From Candidatus Limnocylindrales bacterium (GTDB lineage: Bacteria > Chloroflexota > Limnocylindria > Limnocylindrales > CSP1-4): a stretch of 64,000 nt of DNA. Where the stretch lies: NCBI GenBank assembly GCA_046707905.1, contig JBKKDM010000177.1, positions 80,877 through 144,876 on the forward strand. The letters run 5' to 3'. Position 1 is the stretch's first letter. Each line of letters opens with the position of its first letter. The notes under the pieces were generated by a model, which was given only the letters and a program-made list of their open reading frames with translations, ran no database searches and was not told the DNA's origin. The position numbers and the translations under genes are program-made. Below, in pieces: positions 9,517-19,231 of this stretch.

Positions 9517-10006
9517 TCGGGAGGCCGTGATCCTATCGCGGCGCCTCGGCCGCGCGCCATCGCCGGCAGCAGGACCACCTCGTCGCGATCCCCGACCGGC
9601 GTGTCGAGCGCCAACAGGTGCCGCACCTCGAAGACGTTGACGACCGGTTCAGTTCGCCATTAGCGGTCCGGAGCTGGCCGGTCCGGAGCTGGCCGGCGGT
9701 CCTGGGGTGCGCGGCGAGTATGCGGTCGATGACCTCGCGCACCTTCCCGCCTTCGATCGTGACGTGCTTGGCTCCGTCGTTCGAGGCGCGGAGGACCGCT
9801 GAAATGCGGATCGAGGTCATGCCTGGAGCCACCTTTCGAAGTGCTGACGCTAGCCGGGAGGGAGGGGCGCGAGGCCGGCTTGATCCGCTGACGCGGGTCG
9901 AGCCTCGATCCCGTAACCGTTCTTCGTGGCCTTGGCATCACGCCACCTTCGCCCCGCATCCGAAGCTAGCCGGCCCCGAAGGACCGGTTATAGACGCCGC
10001 GCGACG

Positions 10007-11341
10007 CTAAGGAAGCAGCACGTCGATCGGGCCGTATCGAGCGACCTCGTTGAGGGTCGTTGGCAGCGCCAGATCTCCAACATTGCCCGTCTCCACGTGG
10101 ATCGCCACCGTGCTCTCGAGCGGCGACCACGGAATGTCGCAGAACTCTCCCGACGTGCACGGCTGGACAGCCGTCGCCGCCACGACATCTGGGCCGATCC
10201 AGATCGGGGCAACGAAGCCATCCGCGAGGTGTGTCGTCGCTCGCGTCTCGGTATCGAAGACGAAGACCGCGGGTTGGTCGGCATCGCCATCGTCGTACGC
10301 AATCAGCTTGCCCGATGGCGACGCTGCCGGCCTGAACGCAGCGCTCGGGAATCCGGATGGCCGAGTCGCGCCGGTCGCCGCTGATAGGGCCAGCCACTCC
10401 CAAGGCGCAGCGGCTTCCTGCGGGTCTTCCTGGAACAGCACTCGATTGTCCGAGAGCCACCGACCAAAGGAGCCGTTCCGCGGCTCCACGGTATCCCGCC
10501 CATCGATCGTCACGATGAACAGACTCGGCCGCGCGGCGGTATCGGTCACGAGCACCGCCTCGGAGCCTGGCGACCATGCAACCGCGGTCTCTTCCCGCTG
10601 ACCGACGCTCGTTCCGAACGGGTTTTCGATCTGTCGGAGCACCGATGTCTTGCCCGTGCGTGAGTCAAACGAGCAAAGGATTCGGGGCCCTACCAGCGTC
10701 TGTGTCTGCGTCCGGAGCAGGTACGCCAGGACCGTTCCGTCGTCGTTCCAGTCGAACGCGAGGAGGCTGTTGGGAAATCGGAGCAGTTCGGTCGCGCTGT
10801 CGGCTTGAAGGTCGAATTCCACCAGCGAGTCCTGGCCGAAGGTGTGTGCGCCGTCGGGGTTCTCGCGGAGGTGGACGAAGGACACGAGCCGCGGGGTGCG
10901 GAATCGTGGCCGGAGTCCACTAGGAGAATTGCTCGCATCCAGGTGCGCACTGCTGTTGCTTGAGATGCTGTAGAGCGACAGGCCATTGGGCGTCGAGTAG
11001 ACCGCGAGACCCTGCTTGGGGGCGGGGCGCGGTTCGGTGGCGGCGATGACCCGTCCGCAGTCAGCGACGACTACCGCGCTCGGGTCAGGAAACTCGGTCT
11101 CTGGCGCGCTCGTTGGCGGCACGCTACGCGTCGTGCTCTCGGGCATGAGGCTCTGCGCGGGCGACGGCGTTGCCGGCTGTGGACTGACGATCGGGCTGCA
11201 CGCGCCAAAGACGAGCCCGAACCCAAGCAAGGTGGCCGCGACCGCTTTGGCTTTTCGCGCCCGAGCGCCCGTGTCCCGGGCTCGCACCTCAGGCTCAGTC
11301 GTCAACCCAGCCCAGGCTCCGCGTCCAGTTCCCGACGGCAT
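10007..11341 (-). CDS. Lipoprotein with TolB-like / WD40-like beta-propeller region
   Basis: Lipobox LVFGAC after a basic N-region (RARKAKAVAATLLGFGLVFGACSP). Repeated beta-propeller-like segments. Start uncertain. Confidence 0.5.
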   Translation of the reverse strand: MPSGTGRGAWAGLTTEPEVRARDTGARARKAKAVAATLLGFGLVFGACSPIVSPQPATPSPAQSLMPESTTRSVPPTSAPETEFPDPSAVVVADCGRVIAATEPRPAPKQGLAVYSTPNGLSLYSISSNSSAHLDASNSPSGLRPRFRTPRLVSFVHLRENPDGAHTFGQDSLVEFDLQADSATELLRFPNSLLAFDWNDDGTVLAYLLRTQTQTLVGPRILCSFDSRTGKTSVLRQIENPFGTSVGQREETAVAWSPGSEAVLVTDTAARPSLFIVTIDGRDTVEPRNGSFGRWLSDNRVLFQEDPQEAAAPWEWLALSAATGATRPSGFPSAAFRPAASPSGKLIAYDDGDADQPAVFVFDTETRATTHLADGFVAPIWIGPDVVAATAVQPCTSGEFCDIPWSPLESTVAIHVETGNVGDLALPTTLNEVARYGPIDVLLP

Positions 11342-11987
11342 CGTTGTCGTATTCCGCTTGGGTCGGCGCTGTGTTCCATTTGATCGTGTTGAATCGATCC
11401 CATGCGGAACTGGTCACGTTGTTCTCGTGGAGGTGATAGCCGGTCCAGCAATCGGGGACCGCGGCGTCGCTGGCGGTGTCGCCGATGTTGAAGCTGTTGA
11501 ACCATGAGTAGTCCCAATAATTGGGGCCACCTTGGAAGAGGATGTCTTTCGGTGATGTCGTCGAAACCACCGCATGCGCAAAGACCATCTGCCCCTTGAC
11601 GAGCCCGTCCCAGGTCGATCGGATGCGGGCCTGGGCTTGGTCAATGTACCCGCTCCCTGCCCCAGTTCCGCAAAAGGGGTCCGGGAGCTGGTAGGGCTCA
11701 GCCTGGGCCCACGGGATCAACACAATGTCAGGTTCATCCTCACTCAGCGCTCGGGTCCGGAAGTAGATGTTCGAAGTGCCAGAACCGCAATTCTTGTTCC
11801 AATCGAGTGCGTCCCCATTGGCGGAATGCCAGCGCTGAGTGAGGCATGAGCTGGCGCTCGAGACGTCCATCGGCGGCATCATCCAGATCCGCATGTCATA
11901 AGGACCGGCGGCCGAGATAGGTGACGCGGAGACGCCGAGGATGACTGCGCAAACGCCGGCAAGAAGGGCCGCGCGGCGAAGATTCAT
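11295..11987 (-). CDS. Secreted hypothetical protein
   Basis: N-terminal signal peptide MNLRRAALLAGVCAVILGVSASPISAAG. Trp/Asn-rich mature part. Confidence 0.5.
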   Translation of the reverse strand: MNLRRAALLAGVCAVILGVSASPISAAGPYDMRIWMMPPMDVSSASSCLTQRWHSANGDALDWNKNCGSGTSNIYFRTRALSEDEPDIVLIPWAQAEPYQLPDPFCGTGAGSGYIDQAQARIRSTWDGLVKGQMVFAHAVVSTTSPKDILFQGGPNYWDYSWFNSFNIGDTASDAAVPDCWTGYHLHENNVTSSAWDRFNTIKWNTAPTQAEYDNDAVGNWTRSLGWVDD

Positions 11988-12745
11988 CGGATTCCCTCCG
12001 CCAGCTGCACGAGCTCGTCAAATGGGATTCCGTTGTCAGCGAAGACGCGGAGCACCACGTACTCCGGATCGGCGTCGTCCTCGATCACGATGACCTGTCC
12101 TGTCCCCAAGCCGAGCTGTGGATCGGCCGGCTGAACGAAGATCGCAGGAGCACCATTGATGGTGCCTTCGGTCACCCTGTCGTATGGAGCCATGAGGTCG
12201 ATGTCCCGCTTACCCCATATCGCCCGATACACCATGAGGATCCCTTCGCCAAGCGGAGTATCTAGCGTCATCATGCTGGTGACGTTGAGTGCCGCACCGT
12301 CGCAGACCCACTTCGTGACTTCTGGCTTGCCCCGGACCTCGATGTCGGCGGGGACGTAGGTGAGCGTGAAGTCCAGTTCGGTCGCCGTGTCGCTGTCGAC
12401 CAACTCCGGCTCGCAATCCAGGGACAGGTTCCTGCCAAGCCCTTCCTCTTCGAGGATGTTGTCTGGAGCCAGCCGCCAACCTTGGAGGACTCCGTCGAAG
12501 AGAGGCTTCTCGCTCTCCTCGGTCAGGATGCGGCGGATTTCATCGATCGCCATCGGGCCCGGCCGCGCCGGCTCTCTGCCGCCGCGCGCTTCGACGAGCG
12601 CTTGGTAGATCGGCCGGTCATCCGCCGGCGGAGCCGCAGTCGCCACCGGCGAGCCCGCAGTCGCCGACAGGGACCCCGCCAGAACAGCTGACATAGCGAG
12701 GACCAGCGCGCCTGTCCAACTCATCTGCCTCAGCCGGAACAGCAT
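11984..12745 (-). CDS. Secreted hypothetical protein
   Basis: ORF 11984..12889. Likely start MLFRLRQMSWTGALVLAMSAVLAGSLSATAGSP (signal peptide) at 12745. The conserved 20-nt motif lies about 100 nt upstream. Confidence 0.5.
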   Translation of the reverse strand: MLFRLRQMSWTGALVLAMSAVLAGSLSATAGSPVATAAPPADDRPIYQALVEARGGREPARPGPMAIDEIRRILTEESEKPLFDGVLQGWRLAPDNILEEEGLGRNLSLDCEPELVDSDTATELDFTLTYVPADIEVRGKPEVTKWVCDGAALNVTSMMTLDTPLGEGILMVYRAIWGKRDIDLMAPYDRVTEGTINGAPAIFVQPADPQLGLGTGQVIVIEDDADPEYVVLRVFADNGIPFDELVQLAEGIR

Positions 12746-12844
12746 GCCCACCTCCGCCGCTCGGATGCGACGAGCTTTCGGGACGAGCGAAAGCCTTCGC
12801 GTGCACCGTCCCGGTTGAACACTAGTGCCGTCTCCCGAGCGCAC

Positions 12845-12864
12845 AACTAGGGATAACCCTCGAC
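12845..12864 (-). promoter_or_regulatory. Conserved 20-nt motif copy (revcomp GAGGGTTATCCCTAGTTG)
   Basis: About 100 nt upstream of the secreted-protein gene starting about 12745. Confidence 0.35.
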
Positions 12865-12999
12865 TCGGCCCCCACTCAGGGCGTCGCAATCGCGGCTATC
12901 GCGATCGGCCGAGCTGAGGACTTCCCTCGTTGTGACCCGCCAAGTTTGCTCGCAGGCTCAATGCCCACTAACCCACCAGCCCACCACTCCACGCCACCA

Positions 13000-13650
13000 T
13001 CACGGCTTCGTCGGCGCTGTGTTGGGATCGAAGGCAACGCAGGTCGGAAGCCCGACCGAGCCACTCGAATCGGGCGTGCCCCACACGGCAATCGGACCCG
13101 AGAATGTGGCGTTCGGCGTCGTGATCGTCCAGACGTCTCCGGGTGAAGGAGCGGCATCGACCGCGTAGAGGAACGTCCCATCTGTGCCGGCCGACATCCT
13201 CCCTTCCGGCAGTCCGGCGACAGCAGGACTCGGTGGTGCCCCAAGAAAGCCGAAGAGCATGATCCCGGGCAGGCCAGCATCCGCGCTGCAGACAAGCTGG
13301 GCCACGAAGGGACGGGCCGAACCGCCATCGACGGCCGCCAGCTCGGTGGTCCGACCACCTGAAACGAGATCGACGGCAACGGCCCCTTCGGCGATGCGGA
13401 TCGTCAGTTCGCCCAATGGGATCGTCATGCGACTCGCGGCCGTTCCGGCCGATGGCGGCAGCTCGACTCGCGCCAGCACGGCGACGGTGGCAACGACCGC
13501 TACGGCGAGCAAAGCCGTGAGGCGACGGCCTGATTCTCGTCGTCGCGTCCGCTCGGCGGGAACGGCGACCGCCTCCGCCAGGAGGGCTGATGGCGTCTCG
13601 TCGCGAAGCTCACGACGAATGGCGCTTTCGAGAGGCGTGACGTGCTGCAT
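13000..13650 (-). CDS. Putative membrane-anchored anti-sigma factor
   Basis: Directly downstream of the ECF sigma gene with an ATGA overlap. Single TM segment LTALLAVAVVATVAVLA. No other motif. Confidence 0.45.
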   Translation of the reverse strand: MQHVTPLESAIRRELRDETPSALLAEAVAVPAERTRRRESGRRLTALLAVAVVATVAVLARVELPPSAGTAASRMTIPLGELTIRIAEGAVAVDLVSGGRTTELAAVDGGSARPFVAQLVCSADAGLPGIMLFGFLGAPPSPAVAGLPEGRMSAGTDGTFLYAVDAAPSPGDVWTITTPNATFSGPIAVWGTPDSSGSVGLPTCVAFDPNTAPTKP

Positions 13651-14178
13651 TCAGGATCTCCCAACTTCAATCGGCGCATCCTCGAGGCCGAGGGCCAGGC
13701 GCAGGCGCCCCCTTGCGCGGAAGAGCAAGGAACGGATGGTCGAGGGCTTTTGGTCGAGAAGGGTCGCGATGTCGGCGACGCTCAGGGCTTGGCCATAAAA
13801 GAGGACGATGACCGTTCGTTGGGTGGCGGGCAGGTCGGCGATTGCCTCTCGGACCTCCGGGTGGCGCGAGCCAGGCTCGGCCTGCATGAACGGCAGCAAT
13901 TCCATCAACCGGGCGAGCCGACGATGTCGCTGGAAGCAGAGGTTCAGCGCGATCTTCGCCATCCAGGCGGCGGCTCGCTCAGGATCCCGAAGCTGGCTGA
14001 GCCGCGACCTTGCCAGCAGGTATGCATCTTGGGCGATGTCTTCGGCCTCGTCGCCCACGATCGATCGACAGAGCGCCACGAGTTCAGGACGTGCGGATGC
14101 AAAGGCGGCGTCCAGGACTGCCACATTCAGGGGCCCAACGCGCTCGACGTTCGGGTTGTCGCTGGCCGCCATCATCAA
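13651..14178 (-). CDS. ECF-family RNA polymerase sigma factor
   Basis: Sigma-70 region 2 (EDIAQDAYLLARSRLSQLRDPERAAAWMAKIALN) and region 4 (LPATQRTVIVLFYGQALSVADIATLLDQKPSTIRSLLFRARGRLR). Confidence 0.75.
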   Translation of the reverse strand: MMMAASDNPNVERVGPLNVAVLDAAFASARPELVALCRSIVGDEAEDIAQDAYLLARSRLSQLRDPERAAAWMAKIALNLCFQRHRRLARLMELLPFMQAEPGSRHPEVREAIADLPATQRTVIVLFYGQALSVADIATLLDQKPSTIRSLLFRARGRLRLALGLEDAPIEVGRS

Positions 14179-14261
14179 CTATCTAGATGCGCGAGCGGCT
14201 CGCAAGGTTGCAGCACCGCGCCAAGAGAATTTCGCAGCGCCGCGTCGGCTGGCAGCCGACC

Positions 14262-15404
14262 TCAGTTGGTGATGATCGTGAGATTCCAATGTGCCTGGAT
14301 GGTCGGCCAGCGTTCCGAAAACATGTCGGCTCCGGCGCGCCCGATGTGGATGCCCCGGATGGTCACGCCGCCACTAGCCGGGTAGTTGTACCAAGGGGCT
14401 CCCGAGTCGCCCACTTGCGTCACGACTCCATCCCGGTAGACGGCGAGTCCACCCGTGCATCCGGCCGGAACGCAGAGCACGCCGTTCAGTGCGACGGCGT
14501 GATGGCCGCATGTCTCGTTCGAGGTTCGGCCGCTGACGCAGTACGAGGTGCTATTGACGACGGGGTTGGCCGCGCCCTTTACCGGCTGCCACACGCCGAC
14601 CGCGTTGCCAGAGTAGATCGAGCCTCCGTGATTACCGCTAATGAGCTCCATATCCCAGGCAGGGTACGGTCCGCGGTCGGAAACGCCGCCCCATAGAAGG
14701 CCTGTGCCACCGGCAACCGTCGCGCCTGCGGCGAAGCAATGGGCGGCAGTGACCATGTGCGTGAGACCGTTCGGCTTTCGCACGCCAAAGCCACTCGTGC
14801 ACGACACGCCGTTTGCGCTGATGTAGGCCCCGCCCCAGTGCGGCGGCGCGTCATTCGCTCGCGAGTCAAGGCCGCCGTCGGCAACCTCCCGGACGTCGAT
14901 GGCGTCCGGATGCTTTCTCACCAGGTCGGCAAAGATGGAGCCTTCGCCGACGACGTCGACGACCATCTTCCCGGAGGCAAGGTCGAGGTAGGACCCGTAC
15001 GTGGCATCCTTCGCCCGACGGTCGAAGGTGCGCTCGAGAACTGCTTTCTCGACGGCGGCGATCGTCTCGAGCTCGATCTCCCGGAACTCGATTCGAGCGC
15101 CAAGCGCGGCCACATCGACGTCGAGGGTCGCTGTCTTGCGGGACACGGGAAAGACGGCGACGTATTGCTCGCGCTCGAAGTCGTAGTAGACGCCGAGACC
15201 GCCAGCGGCGGCGGTCTCCGCGTTGAGTCGAACCGCGGCCAGCTCCTCGTCGCCATCGGTGGATTGCGCGCCAGGGGTAACCGTGGCCGGACTTTCACTC
15301 GCGGCTGCCGGACCCCCCAGCGTGATGGCGAAGGCGAACGTGAGGGCCGCGAGACCTCCACGCCGGGGAATGGGCGATGAGATTCTCGGCCGTAGAGACT
15401 TCAT
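14262..15404 (-). CDS. S1E-family (streptogrisin / alpha-lytic-protease-like) secreted serine protease with pro-domain
   Basis: Signal peptide, then catalytic His motif TAAHC, Ser motif GDSGAP and Cys pairs typical of alpha-lytic proteases. Confidence 0.8.
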   Translation of the reverse strand: MKSLRPRISSPIPRRGGLAALTFAFAITLGGPAAASESPATVTPGAQSTDGDEELAAVRLNAETAAAGGLGVYYDFEREQYVAVFPVSRKTATLDVDVAALGARIEFREIELETIAAVEKAVLERTFDRRAKDATYGSYLDLASGKMVVDVVGEGSIFADLVRKHPDAIDVREVADGGLDSRANDAPPHWGGAYISANGVSCTSGFGVRKPNGLTHMVTAAHCFAAGATVAGGTGLLWGGVSDRGPYPAWDMELISGNHGGSIYSGNAVGVWQPVKGAANPVVNSTSYCVSGRTSNETCGHHAVALNGVLCVPAGCTGGLAVYRDGVVTQVGDSGAPWYNYPASGGVTIRGIHIGRAGADMFSERWPTIQAHWNLTIITN

Positions 15405-15486
15405 CCAACCACCTCATTGATTCCTGGGGCTCCGTCGCCTCGGTGGAAGCGAGGCCTTGCCCGAGTCCGCGGCGTCGTTCCAAGCC

Positions 15487-15873
15487 TCAGCCTGGGGCGA
15501 TGCAATCCTCACCGGGAAGCTGGCACTTCGTTGCTCCGTTCCCCTTTCCGTCCTGCACCGATCGGACGCCAAGTGGCGCCTGCAGCGTTGTCCGAAAGAT
15601 GTACTTCTGCGCCGTGCCGGAGGCTGGGAATGAGATGACGGCATGCTGGCATTGGGCGTGGATGCGGACGACGTCGGTCGACTCCTCGACGGCCCCGATC
15701 CCGCAATCCAGGTCCGGCGCGTCGAGGAAGACCACCTCCAACTGGCGCTCGTCGACCACCCAGTAGGCCAGTGGCCGCTCGTTCGCCGATCGCCAAGAGA
15801 GGCCGATATAGGCCAGCCCCACGACGGCCGCCGCGACCGCGAGCGTGGCTAAGTAGGGCGATGAAGGGCGCAT
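15487..15873 (-). CDS. Small membrane-anchored hypothetical protein
   Basis: Start trimmed to MRPSSPYLATLAVAAAVVGLAYIGL (TM helix). Sits between two protease genes. Confidence 0.3.
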   Translation of the reverse strand: MRPSSPYLATLAVAAAVVGLAYIGLSWRSANERPLAYWVVDERQLEVVFLDAPDLDCGIGAVEESTDVVRIHAQCQHAVISFPASGTAQKYIFRTTLQAPLGVRSVQDGKGNGATKCQLPGEDCIAPG

Positions 15874-15877
15874 TCGA

Positions 15878-17179
15878 TCACTGGAGGTTTGGGGTCCCGG
15901 GCAGCCCGAGGAAACTGAGGTAGACGGGGGTGAAGTAGATTCGGCAAACGAAGAAGCCGCTGAAGATCCCAGCAGCTTTGACCCCGCCACTCACGGTCGA
16001 GAACACCGCGCCACCGGAGTCACCGTTGGTGGCGCACGGCTGGAAGAGCGCACCGCGCGCCGCGGATGAAATGTTCCTCACCCAGAGATCCGAAGGCGGG
16101 CTGTACAGGATGTCCCAGCCCACCAGATCTACGGTATATGGGCCTGTCTCGCCTGATGCGCGACCGCTGACGTAGACGACGTCGCCATTCTGTGCGACGC
16201 GGTTGTAGAACGAGATGACGGACGACCCAGTGGTCGAGTTCACGCCTCCCCGATAGATCTTCGAGCCAGAGGTTTTTCCGCTGACGAGGCGGATCAATGC
16301 GACATCGCCCCGATACGTGCTCTGGCCGGTGTAGTACCGGGTCCCGTGGACCGAGTCCCAGTTCTCCTCGGAGTTGGCCGTGACATTGCCGACGTTGCTG
16401 AAGGTTCCGATCTTCACGGATCCGCCGGTAGAGAAGCAGTGCGCGGCCGTCAGCATCGAGTTGTCCGAGCCACCGATCGACCAAGGGATCCCGTCAGAAC
16501 ATGCCTGGTTCTGAATCGACGCGCCGCCCCAGAAGGGTGAGGAATCCGACTGTCGGTCGAAACCAGGCTGGGCTCCTCGCATCGAGCCGTCGATCAACAG
16601 CTCGATCGTTTCGGTGCCGTACAGCCTGGCGAGCGCCTTGAACAAGCGCGCGCTCGGCGCACTGACAACAATGGTCACACGGTTCGTCCGCGGGTCGGGT
16701 CCGGTCATGTAGATGAGGTCCGCATCCTCGACACCCCTGTCCCGAAGGGTTGTCGCGTCGTGCTTGATCGCCTCCAACGTACCGAAGGAGAAGGACACCT
16801 CGCGCTGGCCGCTCTCCTGCTGGAGCTCGGCCCGCGCGGCACCGACGAGGCCAGCGCCGGCCTTCGAAGCGGCCGAGAGGATGATCTTCCCGCTGTCGTC
16901 ATCGAGCCAGGGGTAGCCGACGTCGTCCGGGTGCTCCATGGCGAACATCAGGGCGTCGCTCATCGCCTGCGCTTGCGCTTCGTCTCGAGGCTCCGGATGT
17001 TCAATTTTCGCGATCAGCGGGATGCCAGCGGTATCGATTGCGGCGGATCTTGGCCCCTGCGAGCTTGGAGCGGCGGCTGTCGTGGCTGCCGCGACCGACG
17101 GCGGCGCGACGACCACCAGCCCGACCAGTAGGGTCATCGCGAAACGCACGCGTACTCGAAGAGCGACGAACGTAGTCAT
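15878..17179 (-). CDS. S1E-family (streptogrisin-like) secreted serine protease, second copy
   Basis: Likely start MTTFVALRVRVRFAMTLLVGLVVVAPPSVAAA (signal peptide) about 17179 within ORF 15878..17476. Motifs TAAHC and GDSGGAVF. The conserved motif lies about 155 nt upstream. Confidence 0.75.
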   Translation of the reverse strand: MTTFVALRVRVRFAMTLLVGLVVVAPPSVAAATTAAAPSSQGPRSAAIDTAGIPLIAKIEHPEPRDEAQAQAMSDALMFAMEHPDDVGYPWLDDDSGKIILSAASKAGAGLVGAARAELQQESGQREVSFSFGTLEAIKHDATTLRDRGVEDADLIYMTGPDPRTNRVTIVVSAPSARLFKALARLYGTETIELLIDGSMRGAQPGFDRQSDSSPFWGGASIQNQACSDGIPWSIGGSDNSMLTAAHCFSTGGSVKIGTFSNVGNVTANSEENWDSVHGTRYYTGQSTYRGDVALIRLVSGKTSGSKIYRGGVNSTTGSSVISFYNRVAQNGDVVYVSGRASGETGPYTVDLVGWDILYSPPSDLWVRNISSAARGALFQPCATNGDSGGAVFSTVSGGVKAAGIFSGFFVCRIYFTPVYLSFLGLPGTPNLQ

Positions 17180-17334
17180 TCCCTGACCTCCCTCGCAGCG
17201 GTCCAGCGCGATACATCTGTTCGCCGACGCTGCGTCCCTTCCACGTGCGCTCCCCCAGGCTAACGGGCGCCATTCGGGGGCGAGCGAGGTGCGCTCGGTG
17301 ATGCTGCCAACCTTAGTGCGTGTGTCTCCGCACG

Positions 17335-17353
17335 CAATTGGGGATAACCCTTG
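17335..17353 (-). promoter_or_regulatory. Conserved 20-nt motif copy (revcomp CAAGGGTTATCCCCAATTG)
   Basis: About 155 nt upstream of S1 protease gene 2. In the divergent intergenic region shared with the SARP gene. Confidence 0.4.
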
Positions 17354-17610
17354 CATGGCGTCGCGAAGAGGGGAACTCGGGCAGGCATGAAGGCCATTCG
17401 CTCGGGCCTCAACCAGGGGTCTGCGAATGCCCTGCAAGGCCGGCGCCCGGGCGCAACTCGGGGCGCGACGCGGCATGACTGCGCCACATCGCGGCAGGGC
17501 GTCATAAGGGTTCTCCCCTATGGACTTGGCCAGTCGGATGGCAGACGATCACCCATCTCCCCGGGTAGGGAGAGCCGGGGACGCACAAGGCCCGCAGCGC
17601 CCACAACTCG

Positions 17611-18450
17611 GTGCTCGGGCGGCGAGAGGGCGCGATGGAGGCACCGGCCCGATCCGGGTCGCCGCAACCAGTCGTCGAGCGCGGAACTCGACATTCGGTC
17701 GAGCTGCGCCTCCTGGGCGGCTTCGAGTTGCGAAAGCACGACCAGGTCTTGCCAACGCGGCCCGGGGGAAAGACCCAGACCTTGCTGGTCAATCTCGCCT
17801 TGCGCCTCCACGTGGGCATGGAACGGGATGAGCTGTGCACCGTCCTCTGGCCGGCAAGCGACGAGGCACTGGCCGCGCAATCGCTGGACACGCTTCTTCA
17901 TAGTCTGCGGCGGAGCGTCGGTGATGCCTTGGGCGGTGCCGCGCCGGTCGTGCGAACGGCGGGTCGCCTCCGGCTAAACACGGAGATCGGGATCGGAGTC
18001 GACGTCGAGGCATTCGAGGCCGAGGCCATCCAAGGCGATCGACTCCGTCGGGCCGGCAGCCAAGCCGAGGCGATGACGTCATACGAGCGGGCGGCGAGCC
18101 TCTATCACGGAGATCTGGTGGTTGGATCGGAAGTCCGACACCTCCTCGAACGGGAACGCCTGCGAGCGCGCTATCTCGAGCTTCTGGCGAGCCTCTCGGA
18201 CGCGCGCTTTGCCGCGGCGGACTACATGACCTCTCGCGAGTGGGCCCAGACGCTCCTGCAGTGCGATCCCTGTCGCGAGGATGCCCATCGCTTGGTGATG
18301 CGATGCGATGTCCGCCTGGGCCGGAGGGCCCAGGCTCTTCGCCAATACGCCACGTGCGCGGAGATCCTTCGGCGCGAGTTCGCAACTGATCCGGAACCAG
18401 CGACTCGAGAGCTGTACGACTCGGTGCGCCTCAGTCCCGCGCACGTCTAG
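17611..18450 (+). CDS. SARP-family (AfsR/DnrI/RedD-like) transcriptional activator: OmpR-type winged helix plus BTAD
   Basis: N-terminal VELRLLGGFELRKHDQVLPT...LLVNLALR (OmpR/PhoB-type DNA-binding domain). BTAD-like helical repeat region (YERAASLYHGDLVVG...AHRLVMRCDVRLGRRAQALRQY...REFATDP). Alternative start ATG 17635. Confidence 0.7.
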   Translation: MLGRREGAMEAPARSGSPQPVVERGTRHSVELRLLGGFELRKHDQVLPTRPGGKTQTLLVNLALRLHVGMERDELCTVLWPASDEALAAQSLDTLLHSLRRSVGDALGGAAPVVRTAGRLRLNTEIGIGVDVEAFEAEAIQGDRLRRAGSQAEAMTSYERAASLYHGDLVVGSEVRHLLERERLRARYLELLASLSDARFAAADYMTSREWAQTLLQCDPCREDAHRLVMRCDVRLGRRAQALRQYATCAEILRREFATDPEPATRELYDSVRLSPAHV

Positions 18451-18825
18451 CAGCGAGCCTCTGGCGCGACCTCAGCCCAAGATCAGGGATTCCTGAGTTT
18501 TCGCAGCGCCTGCAGCCGGTGTGACCTCACCTCCAACTATGGACGGGCTGCTAGAACCGAAACCGTGGGCCGTTCTGGCAGCTCGGAAAGCCGGCAGCTT
18601 GGAGGAGGCACCGATCGCGAGGTGCTCGCCGTACTCCGGATCCGCGTGTCGCCGACGGGGGAGCTCCGGTACGGCGACGCGGTCGACGCCGAGACAGAGC
18701 GTCGGCGGCGCTTCCGTTCATGGACTGGGTTGCTAACGGACATCCGGTCGCTCGTCGACGAGAGCCTCCGGCGAAGAGGGGATCGACCGGGGATCCATCC
18801 ACGGCCCGACTGACAGGAGGTCAAG

Positions 18826-19191
18826 GTGGGCGAGAAGCTCGACTGGACGATCATCGTGCAGGCCGTCAACGGGCCGCAAATGAAATCGACGGCCTCGGCC
18901 GACGTTGATGCCTACGACAAGTTCACCTTCACTGTGCCGGCCGGCGGATCAGTCGACGTCGAGCTTGGCCCTGGGGGCTCCGCCGTCAGCTGTCTGGTCG
19001 CCATTCCGGCCCAAGGAGCGACCGGGGTCACGTACAAGGTCGGGACGAACGACGTCAAGCTCGACGCCCCGCTGGTCCTGCTCGGCGGCGCCGTTGCGCT
19101 CTCCGGGAGCCCGACCTCGCTGACCTTCGACAACGCGGACGCTGCTGATGCGTCCGTGGAGATCCTCATCGGCCGAAAGGCCGCCACCTAG
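18826..19191 (+). CDS. Hypothetical beta-rich protein, first gene of the eCIS operon
   Basis: GTG start preceded by a perfect AGGAGG RBS. 121 aa. No similarity to the clear tube protein at 20798. Confidence 0.5.
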   Translation: MGEKLDWTIIVQAVNGPQMKSTASADVDAYDKFTFTVPAGGSVDVELGPGGSAVSCLVAIPAQGATGVTYKVGTNDVKLDAPLVLLGGAVALSGSPTSLTFDNADAADASVEILIGRKAAT

Positions 19192-19231
19192 GCGTTCGGC
19201 GCGTCGAGAGCTCAGTACTGCGAGGAACAAC

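Noticed and set aside
9664-9693. 15-bp tandem duplication considered as a possible att core
   Set aside because: It is a simple adjacent duplication inside the MoaD-like ORF, not a copy of the tRNA 3' end. No second distant copy was seen.
18826-19191. Possibility that the first operon gene is a second tube protein (Afp1-like)
   Set aside because: It has no resemblance to the unambiguous tube protein at 20798 (no DPYKNFKF-type N-terminus) and is too short (121 aa). Left as unknown.
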